Positions 48,653-58,795 of a DNA stretch of 64,000 bases are shown in pieces. Where the stretch lies: NCBI GenBank assembly GCA_048940925.1, contig JBHLOC010000011.1:1-64000 (forward strand), given 5' to 3'. A program made the translations under genes and the position numbers. The notes beneath the pieces were generated by a model, which saw only the letters and a list, made by a program, of their open reading frames with translations, did no database searches and was not told the origin of the DNA. Position 1 is the first letter of the stretch. The number at the start of each line of letters is the position of its first letter. The DNA is from Promethearchaeota archaeon. GTDB lineage: Archaea; Asgardarchaeota; Lokiarchaeia; Sigyniarchaeales; SOKP01.

Positions 48653-50371
48653 TTATTTTTTCCTAAATGAAAATCTTTTGAGTTTATCTAGAGAAATTTT
48701 CCCTGTTTTTAAAAGAATTCCCAATATCGCACCTATAATAACTAATCCTCCAATAATGGAAAAAACGACGATAATTGCTATGGCACCTGGTTCTAATCCC
48801 CTTGGAGCACTTTTGATTATCGTAACACTCACTGATACTTCATTTCCCGCGAGATCCCTGGCATAGAACGTAATAGTGACCTCTCCATTGGCTAATGCTG
48901 CCCATGTTGCCTGGTTAATAGTCCCTGTATCATTCACCGTAAAATTGGTAACTCCTTCATCAAGCGAATACCAAATTGTGTCTAAGTTAACGTCAGTCAC
49001 ATTAAGAATAAAAGAAGGTGCCTTTTTACCAAATTTTTTTCCTTCTAACGGTGAATCGATAACGATTGTCGGCGCTACTGTATCCTTGATTATATTAACC
49101 TCAGCAAAAGTGATATTTCCAGCAATATTGCTAGCATAAAACTTAAGTTTAATTAAACCATCAACCATAGTATCCCACGCAGTTTGATTAATCTTGCCAT
49201 TTTCTGTAAATGTATAATTATTCAATCCATTATCAATAGTATACCACTTATTAAGGAAATAAGCATCTATAATTTCTAAATCGAAAGATGGAGCGATACT
49301 ACCAAATGCATCTCGAGGATTAGGAAACTTTATTATAATCCTTGGTTCAGCAATCGGTAGATAATCTTTACTGTTCGCAGGACCAGCTATAAATATATAA
49401 GGAGTATCCACAATGCCATCATTATTGACATCTGGACCAGTATGATTATCCCAGTAATTTCCAATTATTGTGCTATTCCATATATTATCGCTTCCCTCAT
49501 CAATCGCATGTTTTTCATTCTCCAAAAAGAAATTTTTATAGATTATATTATTATTGCTTCCCTCTAATCTAATGCCATACTCAACATTGTTATAAAGGTT
49601 GTTTTCTATGATGGTATTGAAATCACTACTAAAACCTAAAAATATCCCAACAACATGGTCATATGCAATATTTTCAAAGATATCATTATATTCACTATGA
49701 GATATATACATACCATATTCAAAGTTGGTTACCGTGTTATTGTTGATGCTATTATGATTGCTATAAGATACACCAATTCCATTTTCAGATCCATGGACTT
49801 TATTATCCTGTATTCCACTAAAGTTACTTTGAGATAAAGATATTCCTACGTAAGAATTATAAATTGTATTTTTTGTAATATTTATATTTTCACAATCATT
49901 CAAATCGATTCCATAGTCTATCTCCTGAATAGTGTTATTAATAATTAAACCATCAGTAGAGTTATCTAAATATATAGCTGTTCCAGATGTATAAATACCT
50001 CCAATCCAGATAAATGTACAATATTTTATTGTGAAATAAATATCATATGAATTGCTTATCTTAATCCCATCGTTAGTATTATCTATCTCTAAGGTGTGAC
50101 CTTGAATGATATAAGGATTTTCTGAAGTTCCTAAACCAGAACACCATATTTGAGTCTTTGCCCATTCCCAATTATTCCAACTTCCCGGAAGGTTGTCAAT
50201 TGTGATATTTGCATAGGTGCCAGAAATTTTTACATCAGTTATATCATCATTCTGTACATAATTATCAGTCCTAGAATTACTTAAATATCCAGAATTATGA
50301 AAATATAAAAATCCTACGATGAGCATCAATTCAATAAGACTTATACACATTTTACGTAGATTCGGTTTCAT
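48653..50371 (-). CDS. NosD beta-helix surface protein with two Ig-like repeats and C-terminal TM
   Basis: GLGTSENPYII, GNYWD...DGIVDTPY, repeated WYxxDxGxxN..INQxxWxx.xxGxxxxxFYAxxxAGN; likely start MKPN at 50371. Confidence 0.85.
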   Translation of the reverse strand: MKPNLRKMCISLIELMLIVGFLYFHNSGYLSNSRTDNYVQNDDITDVKISGTYANITIDNLPGSWNNWEWAKTQIWCSGLGTSENPYIIQGHTLEIDNTNDGIKISNSYDIYFTIKYCTFIWIGGIYTSGTAIYLDNSTDGLIINNTIQEIDYGIDLNDCENINITKNTIYNSYVGISLSQSNFSGIQDNKVHGSENGIGVSYSNHNSINNNTVTNFEYGMYISHSEYNDIFENIAYDHVVGIFLGFSSDFNTIIENNLYNNVEYGIRLEGSNNNIIYKNFFLENEKHAIDEGSDNIWNSTIIGNYWDNHTGPDVNNDGIVDTPYIFIAGPANSKDYLPIAEPRIIIKFPNPRDAFGSIAPSFDLEIIDAYFLNKWYTIDNGLNNYTFTENGKINQTAWDTMVDGLIKLKFYASNIAGNITFAEVNIIKDTVAPTIVIDSPLEGKKFGKKAPSFILNVTDVNLDTIWYSLDEGVTNFTVNDTGTINQATWAALANGEVTITFYARDLAGNEVSVSVTIIKSAPRGLEPGAIAIIVVFSIIGGLVIIGAILGILLKTGKISLDKLKRFSFRKK

Positions 50372-50637
50372 TCTTATAACCGTTATAGAGAAAATTATGT
50401 AAGTTGATATGATTTCTTTTAATTTAAATATTATTAGATTAATTGACATAAGGGTAAGAAATTATTTAGGGTTCACTCTCAGATTAGAGAGATAACACTA
50501 ACATTTAAAGCAAAGAAATATAGTTATATAAAAAAATCTATTAAGGTAATGAAAAAGACTCATTAGTTTATTTAAATATTTTAAATGTTCTCTATATATT
50601 ATATAATAATTATGCTTATAGACCAAACAATAATACC

Positions 50638-51255
50638 ATGAAAAATCTCCAAGATATATGTGTCTGGAAAAACATTGAAGAGTGCAACAGTTGTCCTATA
50701 AAAGGAAAACTAATATGTCATTTTCATGTAAAATATTTGATTAGTTTCATAGGATTTTTTTTGATTTTTGCCATCACTGCTTTTATTGGTGTTATAATGG
50801 CTGGTTTTGGGTGGTTTTTATTTGGATGGGTTGCATTTTGGCTCTTTTTCTTTGAATTTTGGGAAATTAGAATTCTTTGTAGCCATTGTCCTTACTATGC
50901 AGAAGAAGGAAAAACTATACATTGCATTGCCAATTATGGCAGTTTTAAACTTTGGAAATACCACCCAGAACCTATGAAACTATCTGAAAAAATTCAATTA
51001 ATGCTTGGTTTTATTATTCTATTTGGATATCCCTTAATTTTTTTAATACTAGGAAGTCAATTTATTTTTTTACTAATTTCAACTATAGAAATTTTCCTCT
51101 TCTTTACTTTCTTATTTACAAAAAGGTGTGGCGATTGCTTAAACTTCTCTTGTCCCTTTAACCGTGTAAAAAAAGATGTGATTGATACATTTCTCAATAA
51201 AAATCCAGTAATGAGAAAAGCATGGGAGGATACAGGATATAAGATTAGAGAATGA
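50638..51255 (+). CDS. Cys-rich 4-TM membrane protein
   Basis: CxxC motifs (CNSC, CSHCPYY, CGDCLNFSCP) flanking TM pairs. Confidence 0.75.
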   Translation: MKNLQDICVWKNIEECNSCPIKGKLICHFHVKYLISFIGFFLIFAITAFIGVIMAGFGWFLFGWVAFWLFFFEFWEIRILCSHCPYYAEEGKTIHCIANYGSFKLWKYHPEPMKLSEKIQLMLGFIILFGYPLIFLILGSQFIFLLISTIEIFLFFTFLFTKRCGDCLNFSCPFNRVKKDVIDTFLNKNPVMRKAWEDTGYKIRE

Positions 51256-51291
51256 TTATATTATAAAATAAAAAATCCTAATGCTGATATA

Positions 51292-51528
51292 TTGATAGAT
51301 TTTGAAAATATTAATAAAGATAAAGCTTTAAATCTAATGAAATTAGATTTTGAAGTCTTTCTAGCTGCATTAGTCAAAATGAAGATGGTAGATAACTTTG
51401 ATCATACACTCCCTAATGGATTGTCATCATTTGCTAAATTTTACTTTTCATATCACAAATTAATTTATAAAAATCAAGAGGATCCGCACAAAATTTATAC
51501 CGAATTTTTAAAGTGGCTAAATAGATAA
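51292..51528 (+). CDS. Small hypothetical protein
   Basis: 78 aa; its 3' half is conserved at protein level in a second copy at 55881. Confidence 0.7.
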   Translation: MIDFENINKDKALNLMKLDFEVFLAALVKMKMVDNFDHTLPNGLSSFAKFYFSYHKLIYKNQEDPHKIYTEFLKWLNR

Positions 51529-51833
51529 AATTAAATATATTATCAACTCTTGTTAAAAGATTATGTTTTATTAAAGGACTTAAGCATGAATCACGCTAAT
51601 TTATATAAAATTTTCTAATATTGAAATTCTCTTTTTTTTCAAGTTTTATTCGAGTTAATAATTTTAGATAAAACGTCGATTTCTAGTCTTTTTAAATAAA
51701 CAAATTCATTATATTCATAGAAATTGCCTGAATAGCCTGAATAATAAACAAATTCAATTAGAATGCATATAACATTCATGAGAGAAAGATTTATAATTTT
51801 TACGCATAATTATTATAAAAGTAAGAAAACTAC

Positions 51834-53252
51834 ATGTTAGTAATATATTATCAAAATATGAAAAATATGGTAGCTAAAACGTTAATTCATAGGACGGGGA
51901 CTAATAGCTTTATTTATATTATTGCGATTGTATCAGGGTTAAGTGGAATGTTATTTGGTTATGATACTGGTGTTATTTCTGGTGCTATTCTTTTTATTAA
52001 GCAAGAATTTTTTCTCTCATCATTTTTACAGGAATTAATTGTTAGTGCTGTATTAATTGGAGCAATAATTGGAGCATTTATAGGTGGATCGTTAGCTGAT
52101 CGTTATGGACGAAGAAAAATGATTATTGTTGCAGCAATTATATTTGCTGGGGGTGCTATTGGGACCTCATTAACACCAAATATAATTTTATTGATCATAG
52201 GGAGAATAATTGTAGGAATTGCTATAGGAATGGCATCTTTTATTGCTCCACTCTATATCTCTGAAATGTCTCCACCAAGGATTAGAGGATCATTAGTATC
52301 CTTAAATCAATTGTTTATTACCATAGGTATTGTTATATCTTACTTGGTTGATTATGCATTTACTCCTCTAAATGGTTGGCGTTATATGCTTGGTTTAGCA
52401 GCTATTCCTGCAACTATATTATTAATAGCCATGATCTTCATGCCAAACAGCCCACGATGGCTAATAAATTATGGAAATGTGGATAAAGCGCGTACTACAT
52501 TGATGAAGATCCGAAGGACTGATAATATCAATGATGAGCTCAATGAAATCGTGACCAGCTTAAATAAGCAAAAAGGAGGGAGGAAAGAATTGTTAAATCC
52601 TTTAATAAAACCTGCAATGATCGTGGGTATATCATTAGCTATTTTCCAACAAGTTACAGGAATTAACACCGTGATATATTATGCTCCAACTATTTTTGAA
52701 TTTGCGGGATTTCAATCTTCTGCGGCTGCTATCTTTGCGACAATTATAGTAGGAATAGTGAATGTAGGTTTTACTCTTGTTGCAATATTTTTGTTGGATC
52801 GTGTCGGACGGCGTAAATTATTGTTACTTGGTTTAGCTGGCATGAGTGGAATGCTCATAATGCTAGGGATAGTATTTGTTTTACCTAGTTTGTTAAATCA
52901 ATTGGGAACATTAGCCGCAATTAGCTTAATGGCGTATGTTGCCTTTTTTGCTATTGGCTTAGGACCAGTCTTTTGGTTATTAATATCCGAGATATATCCT
53001 CTAAAAGTGAGGGGTCTTGCAATGAGCATTGTAACAGAAGCAAATTGGGGATCTAACTTAATAATCGCTTTAACTTTTTTAACCTTAATTCAATTATTGG
53101 GACGTTCAGGTACGTTTTGGCTTTATGCTGCTGTAGGGATAATGGCATTAATCTTTACGTATATTTATGTTCCAGAAACTAAGGGAAGAACCTTAGAAGA
53201 AATTGAAGAACATTGGCGTGGAAGAAAACATCCACGAGAATTGGGGAGATGA
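51834..53252 (+). CDS. Sugar porter family MFS transporter (GalP/XylE-like)
   Basis: FGYDTGVISGA, DRYGRR, PLYISE, QQVTGINTVIYY, PETKGRTLEEI. Confidence 0.96.
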   Translation: MLVIYYQNMKNMVAKTLIHRTGTNSFIYIIAIVSGLSGMLFGYDTGVISGAILFIKQEFFLSSFLQELIVSAVLIGAIIGAFIGGSLADRYGRRKMIIVAAIIFAGGAIGTSLTPNIILLIIGRIIVGIAIGMASFIAPLYISEMSPPRIRGSLVSLNQLFITIGIVISYLVDYAFTPLNGWRYMLGLAAIPATILLIAMIFMPNSPRWLINYGNVDKARTTLMKIRRTDNINDELNEIVTSLNKQKGGRKELLNPLIKPAMIVGISLAIFQQVTGINTVIYYAPTIFEFAGFQSSAAAIFATIIVGIVNVGFTLVAIFLLDRVGRRKLLLLGLAGMSGMLIMLGIVFVLPSLLNQLGTLAAISLMAYVAFFAIGLGPVFWLLISEIYPLKVRGLAMSIVTEANWGSNLIIALTFLTLIQLLGRSGTFWLYAAVGIMALIFTYIYVPETKGRTLEEIEEHWRGRKHPRELGR

Positions 53253-53258
53253 TATTTT

Positions 53259-55676
53259 ATGAACAAAAAAAAGGTTTATGACGGTGAAGCACCAGGACAT
53301 CCGGGAAAAGATCCAAGTTGGACATCGAGCGCAAAAGATGGAGTAGGAACATCTATATCTCGTGGAAGCCTAGTTTGGTTTACATTATCTGGTGGTATAA
53401 TTAATGAGGTATATTATCCCCGAATTGATCAAGCAAATATTCGGGATTTTCAATTTCTTATTACCAATGGTACTGATCTTGTCGAAGAAGAAAAAATTGA
53501 TTGTGATCATAAGATTTCCATGTTAGAAGAAGGAGCTCCGGCGTATAAAATCACAAATACATCGCATCAAAAAAGATATGCGATAGAAAAAATAATTTTA
53601 ACTGATCCTAGAAGGGATGTACTATTGTTAAAAGTAAAGTTCACTCCCCTAAAAGGACAATTAGATGATTACCGTCTTTATACAATTTTGAATCCTCATA
53701 TCAAGAACTTTGGCTATGGAAACGATAGCTGGGTAGGTGATTATAAAGGTATTCCCATGCTTTTTGCTCAGAGAGAGGATATTGTACTAGCCTTAGCATG
53801 TTCTACACCTTTTATCAACATGAGTTGTGGATATTATGGTATAAGTGATGGTTGGCAAGACATTAATAAAAATCGTACCTTAACGCAATATTATTCCCAC
53901 GCATCAAATGGAAATGTTGTTATAACGGGGGAAGTTGATTTAAAAGCAAGTAATGGAAACTTTATTTTAGTTGTCGCATTTGGAAATAATCCTGCAGAAG
54001 CTGGACAACTTGCCCGTACTGCTTTGTTTAATGACATCGATCAAGTAATTAAGGATTATATGTCTTATTGGCTAGAATTTCAGCAAAAATGTAAAAACTT
54101 AGATCAAGTTGGAGAAAAAGGATTCAATATTTACAGGTTAAGTACGATAGTCTTGAAAACTCACATGGATAAACGCTTTTCGGATGGCTCAATAGCGAGT
54201 TTATCAATTCCTTGGGGATTTGCCAAAGGTGATGATGATTTAGGGGGTTATCATTTAGTATGGCCAAGGGATCTTGTTGAAACTGCAGGTGGACTTCTTG
54301 CAGTGGGAGCCAATTTAGAAGCTCTCCAAATCATGATTTATTTAATGACTACTCAAAATGAAGACGGACACTGGCCTCAAAACATGTGGTTAGATGGTAC
54401 CGAATATTGGCCTGGTATACAAATGGATGAAACTGCTTTTCCAATATTACTTGCAAATGCTCTAAAAGAGAATGGACTCCTTCAAAAGATCAATATTTGG
54501 CCTACTATAAAGAAAGCTGTGAGTTTCTTAGCATGTGATGGGCCTATTTCTCAAGAAGATCGATGGGAAGAAGATCCAGGTTATTCTCCCTTCACTTTAG
54601 CAGTAGAAATTGCTGCTCTTCTTATTGCATCAGAATTTGCTCGAGGTGCGGGGGAACCTCAAATTGCTAAATATTTAACAGAACTAGCAGATTATTGGAA
54701 TTCCAATATCGAAAATTGGACTTACATTAGGGACTCAGAACTAGCGAAGAAACTAAATATTGAAGGTTATTATGTTCGAATAGGTCCCCCTGATCTTCCT
54801 GATGCTGCTTCACCTAAGAATGGGTATGTCCCTATTAAGAACAGACCTCCTAATGAAAGTAAAGCTCCTTTTGAATATATTGTAAGTCCTGATGCCTTAG
54901 CCTTAGTACGATTTGGATTACGAGCTGCTGATGACCCAAAGATCGTTAATACAGTGAAAGTTATTGATTCTATGCTAAAAATAAAAACTTCAACAGGTCC
55001 TGTATGGCATCGTTATAATAGAGACGGATACGGAGAACATTTAAATGGAGATGCTTTTGACGGTACTGGAATTGGTAGGGGTTGGCCACTACTAACTGGT
55101 GAACGTGCTCATTATGAACTAGAGAAAGGAAATATTGAAAGAGCAAAAAAACTTTTAAAGGTGATGGAAGCACAGACCGGTCCGGGAGGACTTATTCCTG
55201 AACAAGTTTGGGATGCCAAAGATATTCCTCAAAAAAATCTGTTTAATGGACATCCTTCAGGTTCTGCTATGCCCTTGGTTTGGGCGCATTCTGAATATGT
55301 AAAATTAGTGCGTTCATTAGAAGATAGCAAAATTTTTGATATGCCCCTTCAAACTAAACAGAGATATGTTAAAGAAGACCATCCATCAAATCTAAAAATA
55401 TGGAAATTTAATCATAAATGTTCTAAAATAAATACAGGAAAGATTTTGAGAATTGAATTGAGAGCAGAAGCGAATATTCGATGGTCTATTGATGATTGGA
55501 ATACATTTCAAGAGTCTGAAACAATTGATACAGGATTAGGTATCTATTATGTAGATTTACCTACAAAAGATTTAGTTAAACCAAAAAAATTGAGTTTTAC
55601 AATTTATTGGTTAGCTCAAGATAAGTGGGAAGGTTCTAATTACGAAATTCAATTAATTTCTGAGAGCTTTGACTAA
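53259..55676 (+). CDS. Glucoamylase/glucodextranase, GH15
   Basis: APGHPG...W...KDGVGT, ASLSIPWG, GGYHLVWPRD, QMDE, DRWEE, PEQVWD, SAMPLVWAHSEY. Confidence 0.95.
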   Translation: MNKKKVYDGEAPGHPGKDPSWTSSAKDGVGTSISRGSLVWFTLSGGIINEVYYPRIDQANIRDFQFLITNGTDLVEEEKIDCDHKISMLEEGAPAYKITNTSHQKRYAIEKIILTDPRRDVLLLKVKFTPLKGQLDDYRLYTILNPHIKNFGYGNDSWVGDYKGIPMLFAQREDIVLALACSTPFINMSCGYYGISDGWQDINKNRTLTQYYSHASNGNVVITGEVDLKASNGNFILVVAFGNNPAEAGQLARTALFNDIDQVIKDYMSYWLEFQQKCKNLDQVGEKGFNIYRLSTIVLKTHMDKRFSDGSIASLSIPWGFAKGDDDLGGYHLVWPRDLVETAGGLLAVGANLEALQIMIYLMTTQNEDGHWPQNMWLDGTEYWPGIQMDETAFPILLANALKENGLLQKINIWPTIKKAVSFLACDGPISQEDRWEEDPGYSPFTLAVEIAALLIASEFARGAGEPQIAKYLTELADYWNSNIENWTYIRDSELAKKLNIEGYYVRIGPPDLPDAASPKNGYVPIKNRPPNESKAPFEYIVSPDALALVRFGLRAADDPKIVNTVKVIDSMLKIKTSTGPVWHRYNRDGYGEHLNGDAFDGTGIGRGWPLLTGERAHYELEKGNIERAKKLLKVMEAQTGPGGLIPEQVWDAKDIPQKNLFNGHPSGSAMPLVWAHSEYVKLVRSLEDSKIFDMPLQTKQRYVKEDHPSNLKIWKFNHKCSKINTGKILRIELRAEANIRWSIDDWNTFQESETIDTGLGIYYVDLPTKDLVKPKKLSFTIYWLAQDKWEGSNYEIQLISESFD

Positions 55677-55880
55677 CTAATAGTTCAATTAAACCATGAA
55701 TTATGAGAAATAAGCCTAAAATTCAAATTTTCTATTCTTATGAAAATTTATAATTTCTTTTTTTGAATTATTAATATCGTGTCTTCTTTTATGAGATTTA
55801 ACACCATTTGAGTTTTATTATTTCAACTCTGGATAGATATCATGTATTTTTGACTGAAAATTTCGCATATTTTTGATCTG

Positions 55881-56012
55881 GATGATTTTGATCATACATA
55901 TCCTAAAGGAATGTCATCATTTGTTAAATTTTATTATTCACATCATGAAATAGTTTATCAAAATCTAGAAGATCCACAAAAAATCTATACTCTATTTTTG
56001 AAAATTTGATAG
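55881..56012 (+). repeat. Diverged orphan copy of the 51292 gene 3' half
   Basis: DDFDHTYPKGMSSFVKFYYSHHEIVYQNLEDPQKIYTLFLK vs DNFDHTLPNGLSSFAKFYFSYHKLIYKNQEDPHKIYTEFLK (51391-51520). Confidence 0.88.
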
Positions 56013-56093
56013 GAAATACTTAATATTTTTAATAAATTAGATTAAGCAATTTAGATAGCAATTTCAATTAAAGCAAATATAAATTACAAGAGA

Positions 56094-56522
56094 ATGGCAA
56101 ATAATTATTTTCTCCCTGAAATTAATCTAGCAGTGATGGCGATAACTACTGTATTTTACACATTAGGATGTGTATTTTACGGAAACAAAAGATTTTCTAA
56201 AAAACTACACTTTCGATTTTCATTTTTAGGATGGATTAGTACATTAATTTTTTTTCTTATCTATATGCTTCAACGAAGTCTAATTGGAAGCTTATCACCA
56301 CCTTCATATTTAGAGGGGCTGTATACTCCTTCTCTCATCGTACATATGATAACAGCTACAATAACATTAATCGTTCCAGCATTACTATTAACAATTGGAA
56401 TTTTACAAAGAAAAGAAAAGACTAAAATGAGCATGAAAAAAATAGGAAATGTTAATGTAATTTTGTGGTATATTACTTTTATTAGCGGTATTATTATCTA
56501 TCTGTGTCTTCATATCCTATAA
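56094..56522 (+). CDS. DUF420-like 4-TM membrane protein
   Basis: 4 TM; KLH, FFLIY, LIVH, LWYITFISG pattern. Confidence 0.6.
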   Translation: MANNYFLPEINLAVMAITTVFYTLGCVFYGNKRFSKKLHFRFSFLGWISTLIFFLIYMLQRSLIGSLSPPSYLEGLYTPSLIVHMITATITLIVPALLLTIGILQRKEKTKMSMKKIGNVNVILWYITFISGIIIYLCLHIL

Positions 56523-56553
56523 TTATAAATCTTGCTTATCTTTGTCCGATAAA

Positions 56554-57021
56554 CTACTCAGGTATAATTATTGAGTGATCCTCTTTTATACGGTCTAAAA
56601 CAATCTCTGTTTTGACCTCATCTACTCCTGAAAGATTGCGGAGTGTTTCTATAAGATCCATGGAGTCTGAATGATCTAGACATTTTGCCATAATGAACAG
56701 TGGATATTCTCCAGTAACTACATATGCATATTTTATTTTTTCCATCCCCTCAATCTCTTGTTTTAAATGCTCCAATGGTTTTGTAGCATTTACTCTCAGA
56801 GATGCCATCACCATTTCTCTATATCCCAATTGATGACAATCGATTAAAGCAACATATTTTTTTATTAATTCTTTTTCAAGCCGTTGAATTCGTGCTCTTA
56901 TCGCAGTAGCACTCTTTTTTGTTTTATGAGCAATTTCTCTTATAGTTAATTTTGCATCATTTTGTAATAAATCAAGAATTTGACGATCTATATCATCAAG
57001 AGTTCCATTTGTTGATACCAT
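56554..57021 (-). CDS. Lrp/AsnC family transcriptional regulator
   Basis: LDDIDRQILDLLQNDAKLTIREIA HTH; VTGEY RAM domain. Confidence 0.93.
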   Translation of the reverse strand: MVSTNGTLDDIDRQILDLLQNDAKLTIREIAHKTKKSATAIRARIQRLEKELIKKYVALIDCHQLGYREMVMASLRVNATKPLEHLKQEIEGMEKIKYAYVVTGEYPLFIMAKCLDHSDSMDLIETLRNLSGVDEVKTEIVLDRIKEDHSIIIPE

Positions 57022-57331
57022 AAAATCAATCCTTTTGATAATTTTTCAAGTTTTATTATTACTAATTATAATATATTAATTTCTTACTTTTTTCAAAAAG
57101 TAATATATTCTATTTTTAATATATAAGTTTTGATTTATAATTTTTTTCACTACTAACTTATATTGCTATAGTTTTATTTGGTTATTAAATTATTTGTTTA
57201 TAGAAATAAAAACTATGATTTAAATATGATTTTGCATTTTTAACTATTAAAGTTATCATATGTAAACTATTATGATAACAAAAGTAAAAAAAATAAATAA
57301 AAAAACTAAAAAAAGTAAAAATGTGAAAAAA

Positions 57332-57556
57332 ATGGCTGTTCAAACATTTGATTATACTGGACTGAAATGTCCAATGCCAGTTTTGAAAACTAAAAAAGAA
57401 TTAAGAAATTTGGAATCAGGAAAAGTTATAGAAGTAATTGCAGATGATGTTGGCGCCAAAAAAGATATTCCTGCGTTACTTAACAAATCTGGCGATGAAT
57501 TGGTTGATATTCGAGAAGATAATGGAAATATAACATTTGTTATTAAGAAAGCTTAG
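57332..57556 (+). CDS. tusA: Sulfurtransferase TusA family
   Basis: DYTGLKCPMP motif; likely start MAVQ at 57332. Confidence 0.92.
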   Translation: MAVQTFDYTGLKCPMPVLKTKKELRNLESGKVIEVIADDVGAKKDIPALLNKSGDELVDIREDNGNITFVIKKA

Positions 57557-57585
57557 ATCGTACGATATTGAGAGTAGAGATTGCG

Positions 57586-57954
57586 ATGAGTAAATATATT
57601 TTCTTTATTAGTACGGAGCCTTACAAGTATCAGTCTATTGACTCTATGATAGAGCTAGGGAAAGCTGCAATAAGAAAAGGTCATGAAATAAAAGGAATAT
57701 TCTTCTTTGGAACAGGTGTATACAATCTTAAAAAAGATATTAGTTGTGGAAGTTCTATTAGAAATATTCCTGAGAAAATCGAACAATTTAGCAGAGAGTA
57801 CAACATTCCTGTTTCTGGTTGCAGCACTTGGGTGAGTTTAACTGGATTAAAAGAATCAGAATTCATAGAAGGAGCGACTGAAGAAGGATTAGGAGACCTC
57901 TCTAACTGGGCAATAAATGCTGATAAACTTATTGTATTTGGAGCAGGAGGTTAA
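57586..57954 (+). CDS. dsrE: DsrE/TusD sulfur-relay subunit
   Basis: GHEIKGIFFFGTGV, active-site-like GCSTW, GLGDL...ADKLIVF. Confidence 0.82.
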   Translation: MSKYIFFISTEPYKYQSIDSMIELGKAAIRKGHEIKGIFFFGTGVYNLKKDISCGSSIRNIPEKIEQFSREYNIPVSGCSTWVSLTGLKESEFIEGATEEGLGDLSNWAINADKLIVFGAGG

Positions 57955-57959
57955 CTCTT

Positions 57960-58328
57960 ATGGTAGAATCAGTATTAATTATAAGTGATCAATCTCCAAT
58001 TGGGAGAAATTATGCAATAGAGGCAATTCGCATTGGATCAGGATTTACTGCTCTCGGAGAATACATTGATTGCAAGGTTGTATTTATGGGAGATGCTATC
58101 TATCTGTTCAATAAACATTCTAAACCTGAGAGCGTGGGATTAGATCCATTTACAGAAGTTTTAGAGATGGCTGATTTGTCCGATTTAGAGGTATATCTCA
58201 TTGAGTCTGCTTTAACCGATGTGGGGGTATCAAGGGATGATCTGATTGAATATGAAAACTTGAAGATTATCAATTATGATGATTTAGTAGAGTTAATTGC
58301 CAATGCTGACACATGTTTTAGATTTTAA
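57960..58328 (+). CDS. dsrF: DsrF/TusC sulfur-relay subunit
   Basis: SPIG..AIEAIR, VVFMGDAIY; position between dsrE and dsrH. Confidence 0.78.
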   Translation: MVESVLIISDQSPIGRNYAIEAIRIGSGFTALGEYIDCKVVFMGDAIYLFNKHSKPESVGLDPFTEVLEMADLSDLEVYLIESALTDVGVSRDDLIEYENLKIINYDDLVELIANADTCFRF

Positions 58329-58343
58329 TGGAGGTTGGAAATA

Positions 58344-58685
58344 ATGAACACCGAACTTGAAATAATTTATTTATTTGGATTTAGCTCAAATACAGGATCT
58401 CATTTACGGAGATTATTACCTATTTTAAAAGCTCAACTCAATAAACAAACAAAACTTGGAATTGTTTTAATTCATGATGGAGTAATTGGTATATCCACAA
58501 AGGGAAAAGTATCGAAGCAAATAGAAGATCTGTTAAATTTAGACGTAACTATATTTGCTATGAAGCCTGACATGATGGCTCGCGGAATTGCTCCCGAATT
58601 TGCTCAAAATAGAGTCAAATGTATAGAGTATGATAATCTTATAGATCTAATTGACGCTACACCAAAGATTATATCCTGGATGTAA
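58344..58685 (+). CDS. dsrH: DsrH/TusB sulfur-relay subunit
   Basis: LIHDGV, DMMARGI, IEYDNLIDLI, terminal ISW; ATG 58344 follows GGAGG. Confidence 0.82.
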   Translation: MNTELEIIYLFGFSSNTGSHLRRLLPILKAQLNKQTKLGIVLIHDGVIGISTKGKVSKQIEDLLNLDVTIFAMKPDMMARGIAPEFAQNRVKCIEYDNLIDLIDATPKIISWM

Positions 58686-58795
58686 GTAATATATAAAAAA
58701 TCTAAATAAAATATTTTTAAAAACGATCTGGAGTTAACCAGATAAAAAATAACTTAAAGTAAATAAATTGGAAAAAAAATTAAAAAACTAAAAAG

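Noticed and set aside
57168-58743. Inverted repeats at 57168-57216 (Lrp/tusA intergenic) and 58726-58743 (atctgg-N6-ccagat)
   Set aside because: Short or AT-rich; possible operators, but not distinguishable from chance without conservation data.
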